A stretch of 64,000 nucleotides of DNA, from NCBI GenBank assembly GCA_016192685.1, contig JACPTS010000001.1:97710-161709 (forward strand). Direction: 5' to 3'. How positions within the stretch are numbered: the first letter of the stretch is position 1; every line of letters begins with the position of its first letter. The stretch comes from Candidatus Harrisonbacteria bacterium (lineage in GTDB: Bacteria; Patescibacteriota; Minisyncoccia; UBA6257; 02-FULL-45-10c). Position numbers and translations under genes: made by a program. Positions 35,627 to 44,582 of this stretch are shown here, piece after piece. A model generated the notes under the pieces. The model did no database searches, was not told the origin of the DNA, and worked only from the letters and a program-made list of their open reading frames with translations.

Positions 35627-36681
35627 AAATCTCCCTTCCTAATTATATCGCCCTTTTTGAAATTTCTTTTTGCTATTTTGCCTATAACCTTCGGCAAATA
35701 TTTCGGCGGCAATCCTGTCCCCGGCCTTTTTACTTCCAAATCCTGGACTTTAATTTTTTCTCCTTTTTTAACCGGATTGGCAAACATAATGCTTCTCCGG
35801 GCGATTTTTTTCATTTCCAGTTCTTGCCGGGATAATTTAAATTCCGAACTTCCCGGCATTTGCTCCGCTTCCCTGACTTGCTTAACCAAAAAGTCCAGTT
35901 CTTTCGGATCAGCCGCGAACCAATGATCCGGTCCGGGCAGATTCTTATCCAGAGTAAAATGCTTTTCAATCATTTTTGCTCCCAGAATTACGGCGATGAC
36001 GGCCGCGGCACTGCCCTCGGTATGATCAGAATAACCGATAACGCAATCTTTATAAATCTTTTGCAAAGTTTTAATCTGCGTTAAATTCGCTTCTTTTGGC
36101 GGAGTAGGATATAAAGAAGCGCATTTTAAAATAACTATCTTATTATTATATTTTTTTATTGTGTTTACTGCGTCTTTTATTTCTTCCAAAGCGCTCATCC
36201 CCGTAGAAATAATCATCGGCTTTTTCTTTTGGGCATAATACGCCAGCATCGGAAGATTGGTCAGGTCGTCGGAACCGACCTTAATGGCCGGCATTCCGAT
36301 TTCTTTACCGCAGAGATAATCAACTGTTTTAAAACTATTGTCTTGCGGAGTGGAGAATATGATTATTCCGATTTTCTTGGCATATCCGAATAAATCCTTT
36401 TGCTTTTTTTTATTTAATTCATTCCTTTTAAACATCCCGTATTGGGACTCGGTAATTTTTCTTCCTTGGCTTTTATAGGTATACATTAAATTCTTGTCGC
36501 CGACGAAATCTTCCGTGACAAAGGATTGCAATTTAACGGCATCAGCGCCGGCTTTCTTGGCAGCCGCTATCATTTTTTTAGCCAGGTTTAAATTGCCGTT
36601 ATGATTGATGCCCAATTCCGCCACTATAAAAGTTTTATTCCTGCCGCCTATTTTTTTATTGCCGATTTTTATCTCCGTCAT
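35623..36681 (-). CDS. neuB: Nonulosonate synthase, NeuB/PseI/LegI family with SAF domain (copy 1)
   Basis: AELGINHNG, ADAVKLQ, GYSDHT, IEKHFTLD, GPDH, KRPGTG. Confidence 0.9.
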   Translation of the reverse strand: MTEIKIGNKKIGGRNKTFIVAELGINHNGNLNLAKKMIAAAKKAGADAVKLQSFVTEDFVGDKNLMYTYKSQGRKITESQYGMFKRNELNKKKQKDLFGYAKKIGIIIFSTPQDNSFKTVDYLCGKEIGMPAIKVGSDDLTNLPMLAYYAQKKKPMIISTGMSALEEIKDAVNTIKKYNNKIVILKCASLYPTPPKEANLTQIKTLQKIYKDCVIGYSDHTEGSAAAVIAVILGAKMIEKHFTLDKNLPGPDHWFAADPKELDFLVKQVREAEQMPGSSEFKLSRQELEMKKIARRSIMFANPVKKGEKIKVQDLEVKRPGTGLPPKYLPKVIGKIAKRNFKKGDIIRKGDL

Positions 36682-37304
36682 TTGAATTGGTAAGTGCCGT
36701 TTTTAATTTGCCTCACTCCTTGTTTTTCTAATTTAATTCTTTCTTTCATCGCTCTGCTTTTACGGGCCCGGGTAATAATTTTACGCCAAGCTTCCGGCTC
36801 ATACTCCATAACGATATCTTCGGCCGATTTTATTTTTAACTTTGATAAGTTAAGCATTTTTTTTAACGGCCGCAAATCAGCAACATATTTTATCATTGCC
36901 AGAATGCGCGGCAAATGATGTTCATTTGAAATTACAACAGCGCTACGAAATACTCCTCCTTTAAGTATCTTTTGTAATTCTTTCAACTGCTGATAGGTAG
37001 TGCCGGATTTTTCTTCTTTAATTATATTTTTTGCCGGAATGCCAAGTTTAACCAATTCTTCTTTTATCACGCTGGCTAAAGTAATTTTTCCGGGTAAAAC
37101 ATCCTTTAGCTGGCCCTTGCCGCCAGAGGCAATAATTAATTGCTTCGGATTTTCTTTGTATAAAAAACCGGCAGCTATCACTCTTAATCTGTCTCCGCTA
37201 ATGCCGAAATTATCGCCTGTATCGTCAAAAGTAGTAGTGCGCCAGCGACCGCCTTCTTTTACCAAACCGCCGCCAAAAATTACCAAGACATCTAAATTCT
37301 TCAT
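36678..37304 (-). CDS. YdcF/DUF218 (ElyC/SanA-like) protein (start probably the ATG at 37304)
   Basis: VIFGGG, R..AA..LY, IIASGG, E..S.TT, ISNEHHLPR. Confidence 0.8.
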   Translation of the reverse strand: MKNLDVLVIFGGGLVKEGGRWRTTTFDDTGDNFGISGDRLRVIAAGFLYKENPKQLIIASGGKGQLKDVLPGKITLASVIKEELVKLGIPAKNIIKEEKSGTTYQQLKELQKILKGGVFRSAVVISNEHHLPRILAMIKYVADLRPLKKMLNLSKLKIKSAEDIVMEYEPEAWRKIITRARKSRAMKERIKLEKQGVRQIKNGTYQFK

Positions 37305-37342
37305 TATTATATAGAACAAAAAATTGGGGCGGCAGTAACAAA

Positions 37343-37840
37343 TCAAGTAACAATTAGATCAACTTCTTCCCCGTTTTTAATATAAAGCGCATTTGCTTCA
37401 TCAGTATCCAGATGAACCCGAAAATCAAAATTTGGGCTCACCCGAACCAGCACTTTATCCAATCGGCCGGCCCGGACGCCGCCTTTTTGAATAGCCACTT
37501 CATCGCCGTCTTTTAATCCGAGTTCCTGGGCTTGGCGGTCAGAAATATGCAGATGCCGCAATGTTACGGCATATCCGGTTTCTTTATTTCTTTTCCATTT
37601 TGGCGCTGTATCGCGGCCAAAACGCTTAATCCAATCAGTTAAAGACAATTCAAATTGGTCCTCCGATCGGCAAGGCATAATCACCCGAAAATCCTCCATT
37701 CCGTCGTTATAATATTCTTTACTCGCCCATTGTTCCGGCTGGGATAAATCTTTCAGCTTAGTCAATTTCAAACCGGATTTTTTTAAAGTTTCCTCGGTTA
37801 AATGACAATGCTTATTGGAAACCTCGCAGATTACTTTCAT
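37343..37840 (-). CDS. pduL: PduL-like phosphate acyltransferase, shortened
   Basis: VSNKHCHL, LSQP.Q.A, RHLHI, GG.R, V.VRV, HLDTDEANA. Confidence 0.8.
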   Translation of the reverse strand: MKVICEVSNKHCHLTEETLKKSGLKLTKLKDLSQPEQWASKEYYNDGMEDFRVIMPCRSEDQFELSLTDWIKRFGRDTAPKWKRNKETGYAVTLRHLHISDRQAQELGLKDGDEVAIQKGGVRAGRLDKVLVRVSPNFDFRVHLDTDEANALYIKNGEEVDLIVT

Positions 37841-37849
37841 AATTTATTT

Positions 37850-38887
37850 TCAAACTTGGTGCAAATCCGCTTCTTCTACCAAACGCAACAATTCACTTAG
37901 ATCTAATTTAGGAGCGTGTTCGGAAGAAAATTGAATTCCCTTAACTCCCTTAACCGTTGAAGGATAAACCTTAGCGTATTCCCTATTATTTACTTTCTCA
38001 TGGGGAGTTAAAATATACATGTCCTCGGTTTCTAAAACTTTGTCCACCTCATGATTGGCTAAAAGCTGTTCATGAAATTTTTCTCCATCCCGCGCCCCAA
38101 TAACTTTAATCTTTACGTCTTCCTTTTTTTTACCGGCCAAAGGAGCGTAATAATGCACGGCCGCGTCAATTAAATCTCCCAACCGAACCGAGGGCATCTT
38201 CAAAATAAAAATTTCCTGGCCCTGGCTTAAGTTTGCCGCCCGCAAAACCAAATTAACAGCCTGGGGAATGGTCATGACAAACCTGGTCATGTCCGGAGCC
38301 GTAATTGTTATTTCTTTATTGCCAAAAATCTGTTTCCTTAAAAGCGGAAGGAGGCTGCCGCGGCTGCCCAAAACATTGCCGAAACGGACGCAAGAAAACT
38401 TAGTCCTTTTACCGCCTCCATAATAATAGGTGGCTAAAAAAAGTTTTTCAGCCATCAGTTTGGAAACACCCAAAACGCCCTGCGGTTCGGCAACTTTATC
38501 GGTGGAAATCCCGATTACTTGTTCCACATTTTCTTCCCGCGCCGCCTCAATTACATTTTGAACACCGATAATATTAGTTTTTACGGCTTCAAAAGGATTA
38601 TATTCGCAGATTGGAACTTGTTTTAGGGCGGCGGCATGAAAAACAATATCCACGCCATCCATTGCCATTCGCAAACGATCTTTATCTCGAACATCTCCCA
38701 CTATAAATCTAAGCGTTGAATTACCCAAACCAAAATCATGCATCAAATGATAATGGCGGTCTTCATGCCGGGCAAAAATTCGGATTGCCTTGGGATTATA
38801 TTTAAGAAGCTGACGGACAATCTCTAAGCCGATAGAACCTGTGCCGCCGGTCACTAAAATTGTTTTACCTTCAAATTGATTTTTCAT
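37850..38887 (-). CDS. UDP-N-acetylglucosamine 4,6-dehydratase family (Polysacc_synt_2; PseB/CapD-like)
   Basis: TGGTGSIG, HAAALKQVP, STDK, RFGNVLGSRGS, MTRF, GEK.HE. Confidence 0.9.
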   Translation of the reverse strand: MKNQFEGKTILVTGGTGSIGLEIVRQLLKYNPKAIRIFARHEDRHYHLMHDFGLGNSTLRFIVGDVRDKDRLRMAMDGVDIVFHAAALKQVPICEYNPFEAVKTNIIGVQNVIEAAREENVEQVIGISTDKVAEPQGVLGVSKLMAEKLFLATYYYGGGKRTKFSCVRFGNVLGSRGSLLPLLRKQIFGNKEITITAPDMTRFVMTIPQAVNLVLRAANLSQGQEIFILKMPSVRLGDLIDAAVHYYAPLAGKKKEDVKIKVIGARDGEKFHEQLLANHEVDKVLETEDMYILTPHEKVNNREYAKVYPSTVKGVKGIQFSSEHAPKLDLSELLRLVEEADLHQV

Positions 38888-40014
38888 TGTTTTTTAATAG
38901 TAGAGATTAATTTTTCGCAAATATATTTGATGTCTGATTCTTTTAAACCAATATAAAAAGGCAACGCCACTGCTTTATTGCTAACATTTTCAGAAATTGG
39001 AAAGTCACCTTCTTTATAACCAAACAAGTTCTTGTAAAAACTAAACAAATGTATAGAAGGCAAATACGGCTTCGTGCTAATTCCTTCCGCTGCTAATTTT
39101 TCAATCAGCTGATTCCGGTTTATTTTTTTATTTTTAAGCGAAACTACATAGACAAACCAGGTGTGGATATTAGCTGGAGCAATAACGGGAACCTGAATGA
39201 AATCGGAATGCGGCTTTAAATATTTTGTATACATTTCAGCAACCTTTCTTCGTTCTGATAAAAGAAAATCAATCTTCTCAATCTGGGCCAATCCGGCAGC
39301 CGCGCTTAATTCATCCATCCGATAGTTATAGCCAAGCCGCTCATGATCCAGCCATTGCATATTTTCCGCCCGGCCCTGATTCCGAAGACTGCGGAATAGT
39401 TGGTCTGATTTTTTATCATTAGTGACAATCATCCCGCCCTCGCCGGTGGTCATTTGCTTATTGGGATAAAAAGCGAAAACCGCTGATTCGCCAAAAGTGC
39501 CAACTTTCCTCCCCTTATAAGTAGCGCCAATGCTTTCGCAGACATCTTCAATGATTTTTAATTTGTATTTTTTGGCGATTTTCATTATCGGATCCATATC
39601 AGTCGCTTGGCCGAAAATATGCACCGCTAAAATCGCTTTGGTTTTTTTGGTAATCTTTTCTTCAATTTTTGCCGGGTTCATATTATAGGTAACCGGATCA
39701 ATATCAACAAAAACCGGCTTAGCGCCGACATATAAAATAGAATTCGCCGAAGCGACAAAAGAAAATGGGGTAGTAATCACTTCATCGCCCGGACCGATGC
39801 CGGCGGCAATCATGGTTAAATGCAACCCAGCCGTGCCGCTGGAAACCGCGCAAGCATATTTAACTCCCATAAAATCAGCGAATTTCTTTTCAAATAATTC
39901 TATTTTAGGGCCAATGCTCAAAATCCCGGAGCGCAAAACTTCTAGAACGTATTGTTCTTCTTTTTTGGTAATATAAGGTTTTGCTATTGAATATTTCTTT
40001 TTTGTTTTTTTCAT
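38884..40014 (-). CDS. DegT/DnrJ family sugar aminotransferase (start probably the ATG at 40014)
   Basis: SSGTAGLH, IEDVCE, FAFYPNKQMTTGEGG, GYNYRM. Confidence 0.92.
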   Translation of the reverse strand: MKKTKKKYSIAKPYITKKEEQYVLEVLRSGILSIGPKIELFEKKFADFMGVKYACAVSSGTAGLHLTMIAAGIGPGDEVITTPFSFVASANSILYVGAKPVFVDIDPVTYNMNPAKIEEKITKKTKAILAVHIFGQATDMDPIMKIAKKYKLKIIEDVCESIGATYKGRKVGTFGESAVFAFYPNKQMTTGEGGMIVTNDKKSDQLFRSLRNQGRAENMQWLDHERLGYNYRMDELSAAAGLAQIEKIDFLLSERRKVAEMYTKYLKPHSDFIQVPVIAPANIHTWFVYVVSLKNKKINRNQLIEKLAAEGISTKPYLPSIHLFSFYKNLFGYKEGDFPISENVSNKAVALPFYIGLKESDIKYICEKLISTIKKQ

Positions 40015-40073
40015 TTTAAATGCGTTACTGCTATCTATATAAAACCAAAAAATAAGCCTAAAAGTTTTTAATG

Positions 40074-40099
40074 AAAATCCACGCAATGGCGTGGATTTT
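40074..40099. terminator. Intra-cluster hairpin terminator
   Basis: AAAATCCACGC-AATG-GCGTGGATTTT. Confidence 0.7.
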
Positions 40100-40115
40100 G
40101 TGTAAAGATTATTCT

Positions 40116-40550
40116 TTATTTTTTCCTCCGTTTTCTCAATTTTTCCGAATATTCTTCTGTGGTCATTAAAAATCTGGCCGGTGAACCAGCCCAAACTTCA
40201 TTAGGCGGCAAATCTTTATTTACAAAACTCTGCGCTCCGACAATGGTATTTTCACCAACAGTAATGCCCGGCATCACGATGCTATGCGAACCGATTCGGC
40301 AATTCTTTTTAAGAACCACCAACCCTTGTTTATCATCAATAGTAGAGGCTGAATAAAGGGTGCAATGGGAGCCTATTTGTACTTCATCTTCAATCGTCAC
40401 GCCATGGTGCGCGAAAATCGCGGTAAATGCTCCGATATCTGTTTTTTTACCAAGCTTAAAATTCTCCGGACGATAAACTACCCAATTCCATTTGGTAAGT
40501 TTTCCGTGCTCAATTTTTGGCAGTTGCCAATTTTTAAATCGATTATTCAT
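40116..40550 (-). CDS. Hexapeptide-repeat acyltransferase
   Basis: GVTIEDEVQIGSH, MPGITVGENTIVGA, WAGSPA. Confidence 0.88.
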   Translation of the reverse strand: MNNRFKNWQLPKIEHGKLTKWNWVVYRPENFKLGKKTDIGAFTAIFAHHGVTIEDEVQIGSHCTLYSASTIDDKQGLVVLKKNCRIGSHSIVMPGITVGENTIVGAQSFVNKDLPPNEVWAGSPARFLMTTEEYSEKLRKRRKK

Positions 40551-40557
40551 AAATTAA

Positions 40558-41235
40558 TTATTTAATTTTAAAAAGTTTCTTAGCTAATTCAAGGTCTTCA
40601 AAAGTATCTATGTCAACACTTCTTTCAAATGGTATCACGTATTTGCCCAAATCTTTTCCATAATATTTTTTCTCTTTCAAAAAATTAGCAACCTTCACCC
40701 AGCGCACCGCTCCCGAGGGGCAATAGACTTTGGGCAATTTTTTTGAATCAACCAAATATTTTTTCCCAAAAAAGAAATCCAGACGCCCATTTTTTTCTTC
40801 CAGTGCCCAAAACGGATACAGCCAATAGTAATCAACCACGCTCATTAAGCAATTTTTCTTTAATTTCCGTAAAATTTCGTAGGATTTCTTGACGTCTTCC
40901 GAATTTCGCAAGGGGCAATTCGGCATCAGCAGGCATAAATAATCAAATTTTGTTTTAACATTTTTCAACAAATGCGCGGTCACGTCTTCTAATGACGCCT
41001 TATCGCCGGAAATTTCCGCCGGGCGAAGAATCTTTTTAACGCCTTTATAAGAATCGGCCGCGTTTAATATTTCCTCTGAATCAGAAGAAATATAAATACT
41101 ATCGCCAAAAAGCCCTGATTTTATAGCCGCTTCAATTGTATGGGCAATCATCGGCTTGCCGTGAAAATCAACAATATTCTTTTTGGGAATTCTTTTTGAA
41201 CCGCCCCTGGCCGGAATAAGACAAATATTTTTCAT
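40558..41235 (-). CDS. neuA: Acylneuraminate cytidylyltransferase (NeuA/PseF family), copy 1
   Basis: IPARGGSKRIPKKN, SSDS, RP, SVDIDT.ED. Confidence 0.9.
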   Translation of the reverse strand: MKNICLIPARGGSKRIPKKNIVDFHGKPMIAHTIEAAIKSGLFGDSIYISSDSEEILNAADSYKGVKKILRPAEISGDKASLEDVTAHLLKNVKTKFDYLCLLMPNCPLRNSEDVKKSYEILRKLKKNCLMSVVDYYWLYPFWALEEKNGRLDFFFGKKYLVDSKKLPKVYCPSGAVRWVKVANFLKEKKYYGKDLGKYVIPFERSVDIDTFEDLELAKKLFKIK

Positions 41236-42086
41236 ATTGTTTTGAATTCAATCGCCAGAGCCGTGGCTTCGGCCTGGGCAATATGAGTCATATGAGTTCT
41301 TTTGCTCTCAATTTCCCGAATACGAGAAAGCATGCCAACAAGACCCTGACGATGATACGCGCCAAGAATAACTTTACCCATTTCATCGGCATTGCGGCTC
41401 TCGGCAAACTCAATCATGCCGTCAGTAAATAAAAGCAAAGTCTTTAATTCTTTCAGCGGTAAAGTTGTTTTATACCAGCTATTTTCCGCTCCTGACTGGC
41501 CATTAAGAACAACTGCCTTTTTATCTAAATTTTTATTTACTCTTTCAATCCGCAATTTAGCGGAGATAGGCATATATTCAAGCCAGGCTCTATTGCGATC
41601 GCCGTGGTATTTTTTAATAATGTTATTAATAATATTGATACACTCTTCTTCATTAAGAATATTTTGATTTGATGTTGCTCCTATTTCCCCGTTAGTTTTT
41701 TCCCATACCGCATAGCAATCGCCCCCCTGCAAAATTTGGATGCCGTCTTCTCCTATTTTTACAAAAGCAAAAGCCATTCCCGGCAATAAGTCCGCGCGAT
41801 TCATATCAATCCCCTGCGATTCAGAAAATTCCCGAAGTCGGGCATTTGCTTTTTTTACAACCGCGATCAATTCGTCGCTATCGTTCGCTTGAGTAAAAAC
41901 CTCATCCACTATTTCAACGGCCTTTTGCCCGCCGGATTTGCCGCCAAAAAGCCTTGGCCCGACTGCCGGGTCATAAAGTCCGCTTACTCCATCCAGCACT
42001 CCAAAAAACGGCGGGTGAAAAACAAGTCTATCTTCCAAAATCTTTGCCGTTCCCGAATCATAAAGAGTTTTTACCCGAAAATCCAT
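41232..42086 (-). CDS. PP2C/PPM-fold phosphatase-like protein
   Basis: ED, GVLDGVSG, GGDC, LLFTDG; C-terminal EAT where DxT is usual. Confidence 0.65.
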   Translation of the reverse strand: MDFRVKTLYDSGTAKILEDRLVFHPPFFGVLDGVSGLYDPAVGPRLFGGKSGGQKAVEIVDEVFTQANDSDELIAVVKKANARLREFSESQGIDMNRADLLPGMAFAFVKIGEDGIQILQGGDCYAVWEKTNGEIGATSNQNILNEEECINIINNIIKKYHGDRNRAWLEYMPISAKLRIERVNKNLDKKAVVLNGQSGAENSWYKTTLPLKELKTLLLFTDGMIEFAESRNADEMGKVILGAYHRQGLVGMLSRIREIESKRTHMTHIAQAEATALAIEFKTI

Positions 42087-42092
42087 AATATT

Positions 42093-43103
42093 TTAAAAGT
42101 CAGAATATTTTAATATCGTATTTTTAACCAAATCCCGTTTAGCTCTTTTTCCAAGCACCTTAGCCATTTCCGAAGAAGGAATTCCGGTCCCGGGCCTTTT
42201 GACTCCCAGCAGATCCTCGGTTATTTTGGTTCCCTTTGAAATATTTACATTGGCAACCAGACTGCGCCGGAAAGCTTTCCGCATTTCTTTTTCTCTCGCC
42301 CCGGGCGCGATATTTTTTTCATTGGAATTAACAGCTTTATCAAAAAATCTGATTTGCTCAGCCATCTTTTTAAATTCCGCCGGGTCAGCCGAACTTGGCT
42401 GGTCCGGGCCGGGCATGTTTTTATCCAAAGTAAAATGCTTTTCAATTATTTTAGCTCCCAAAGCAACCGCAGCAACCGGCGCGAAAATATCCAGAGTATG
42501 GTCAGAATAACCGATAATGTGTTCGGGGAAAGCTCTTTTTAAAATTCCAATTCTTTGCAAATTCAATTCTTCGGCTTTAGGCGGATACAGCGAAACACAG
42601 TGTAAAATCCCCAGATTCTTTTTCCGGTCTTTTAAAATTTGGACTGCTTCTTCTATTTCTTCCATATCTCCCAAGCCAACTGAAATAATTATCGGTTTTT
42701 TTGTTTTAACAACTTCCTTCAATAAAAAATGGTTATTTAAATCGCAAGAAGCAATTTTAAAAAGCGGGGCGCCGATTTTCTCCAGCATTGCGATTGACCG
42801 CTTTCCGAAAACCGACGCGAAAAAAATAATTCCTTCCTTTTTGGCAAAATCAGCCAATTTAACATAGTCATCGCCGGATAATTCCCAGCCCTTTAACATT
42901 TCAAAAAAACTCTGCCCGCCCTTAACATGCTCCGCTTTCCGCGCTTCCTCAATAATCAACTCTTCGGTTTTAAAGGCCTGAAATTTTACCGCGTCAGCAC
43001 CGCAGGCTTTTGCCGCGGTAATCAGTTTTTTAGCGGTCTCAAAATCACCGTTATGGTTAATACCGGCTTCGGCAATGATAAAAACGGAGTCTTTTTTAAA
43101 CAT
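42093..43103 (-). CDS. neuB: Nonulosonate synthase, NeuB family with SAF domain (copy 2)
   Basis: IAEAGINHNG, ADAVKFQ, KIAS, HCVSLYP, GYSDHT, IEKHFTLD, KRPGTG. Confidence 0.9.
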   Translation of the reverse strand: MFKKDSVFIIAEAGINHNGDFETAKKLITAAKACGADAVKFQAFKTEELIIEEARKAEHVKGGQSFFEMLKGWELSGDDYVKLADFAKKEGIIFFASVFGKRSIAMLEKIGAPLFKIASCDLNNHFLLKEVVKTKKPIIISVGLGDMEEIEEAVQILKDRKKNLGILHCVSLYPPKAEELNLQRIGILKRAFPEHIIGYSDHTLDIFAPVAAVALGAKIIEKHFTLDKNMPGPDQPSSADPAEFKKMAEQIRFFDKAVNSNEKNIAPGAREKEMRKAFRRSLVANVNISKGTKITEDLLGVKRPGTGIPSSEMAKVLGKRAKRDLVKNTILKYSDF

Positions 43104-43136
43104 ATTATTAAGATGGATTCTAATATAGAACCTTTA

Positions 43137-44582
43137 TTAAGATGGCGCTGTTTCCAGCTCGGAAAGAATCAGCCGCGAAAGATTTTTAATGTTTTCTTCC
43201 TTGCTTATTCCGGAAAGTTCTTTTCCAACTAAATCAAAATAGGCCTGGACACTGGATTGATCCAGGGCCGCCAAGTAATTAAACATTAACTCGGGGCTAA
43301 CCCCGAATCCTTGCCGGATTCTCCAAATGGCATCTTTGCAACTTTCAACATTATTAACTTTGAAAACGCCGGAACATTCCTTATACCAGGGAAAACCAAA
43401 AACTAAAACCGGTTTTGCCCTCATTAACGCCTCCCAGCCCGCGGTTCCGCTCACCGTAGCCAATACCTGGCAATTTCTGATTAATTCATGGGTGCCGGTG
43501 GCCATTGGCACGAGGCGTACATTTGGCAATCGGGCAATAGATTTATAAAAACCTCGGTAACGGCAATTAAAAAAATTAAGCCCGCGAGGCAGCCACTGCG
43601 ACGGGTGCTCTTTTACATAAATCAGCCAATCAGAAGGAACGCTAGCGGCTAAAATCTCAATCATTAAAATTTGATTAACAAATACGCCGCCTTGAGGGCT
43701 GGAAGTCCGCTCCGGTTGATAATTCAGAGGGACGTAAATAAACGGTTTGGTAAAATCAGCGGGCAAGGCTACGCTTTCATATTCAGTTTTCAGGTTTTCG
43801 CGAAAAATTTTTGAAATAAAATTAAACGTTTTTCCAAAAAAAGTGAGGTTAACGAGGCTGTCCCTGATCATTTTAATTTTGGTAAAAATAGCTTTCTTCC
43901 CGATATAATTCTTTTTTAATTTTTGGATGTTCCGCGGAACCATATCGGATAATTGCTCTTGATAATGCCGCCGCATATCTTCCCGCAGATCCGCTAAAAC
44001 AAATTTCCGGCCCCGATTATCTTGCAATGCTTTCTCTAAAGATCGGCTGCCGATTCGATAATCATTCATTAATAACATCCGGTCAAATTGGACAATTCTT
44101 TCAAATATAATATTTTTTATATTTAACAATTCACATATGGAAAAAATAATAAAATCATAAACAGTATGGGGAATATCATTGTGGATGACAACATCCGGTT
44201 TCAAAGTTTGGATAACTCCGTACCAATACCGCACCAAGTCAAAATAAATTTGCTTCCGTTCGGAAACGCCGATATCTTTATATTTTTTATTCATCATGCT
44301 CAAAACTGCTGATTCGGCTTCATACAACTTTGCGATTAAATCCTCTCCCGGGGGGAAAAAATTAGAAGTGTTTATCTCCTTTGCGGGAAGGCCCGCCACA
44401 GCATCTTCATGAGAGTGCCAGATGACTCCGGAAAATTCTTTGCTGTCGGCGATTTTTCCTATACCAGTTCCAGCCCAAGTCCAATAAACAATTTTATGCG
44501 ATTGTTTCTGAAGTTCTTTGGCAACTTCCACCAATCCAAGACCGTCATCAACAGACCAGCCAATTATAAATATCCGTTTCAT
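43137..44582 (-). CDS. Capsule_synth/KpsS-like putative ulosonate transferase, paralog A
   Basis: YVPLNYQPE, YVKEHP, ATVSGTAGWEA, FGFPWY. Confidence 0.72.
   Translation of the reverse strand: MKRIFIIGWSVDDGLGLVEVAKELQKQSHKIVYWTWAGTGIGKIADSKEFSGVIWHSHEDAVAGLPAKEINTSNFFPPGEDLIAKLYEAESAVLSMMNKKYKDIGVSERKQIYFDLVRYWYGVIQTLKPDVVIHNDIPHTVYDFIIFSICELLNIKNIIFERIVQFDRMLLMNDYRIGSRSLEKALQDNRGRKFVLADLREDMRRHYQEQLSDMVPRNIQKLKKNYIGKKAIFTKIKMIRDSLVNLTFFGKTFNFISKIFRENLKTEYESVALPADFTKPFIYVPLNYQPERTSSPQGGVFVNQILMIEILAASVPSDWLIYVKEHPSQWLPRGLNFFNCRYRGFYKSIARLPNVRLVPMATGTHELIRNCQVLATVSGTAGWEALMRAKPVLVFGFPWYKECSGVFKVNNVESCKDAIWRIRQGFGVSPELMFNYLAALDQSSVQAYFDLVGKELSGISKEENIKNLSRLILSELETAPS

Noticed and set aside
40015-40194. 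60-aa N-terminal extension of the DegT ORF
   Set aside because: It overlaps the upstream gene and a terminator; family homology starts at the ATG at 40014.
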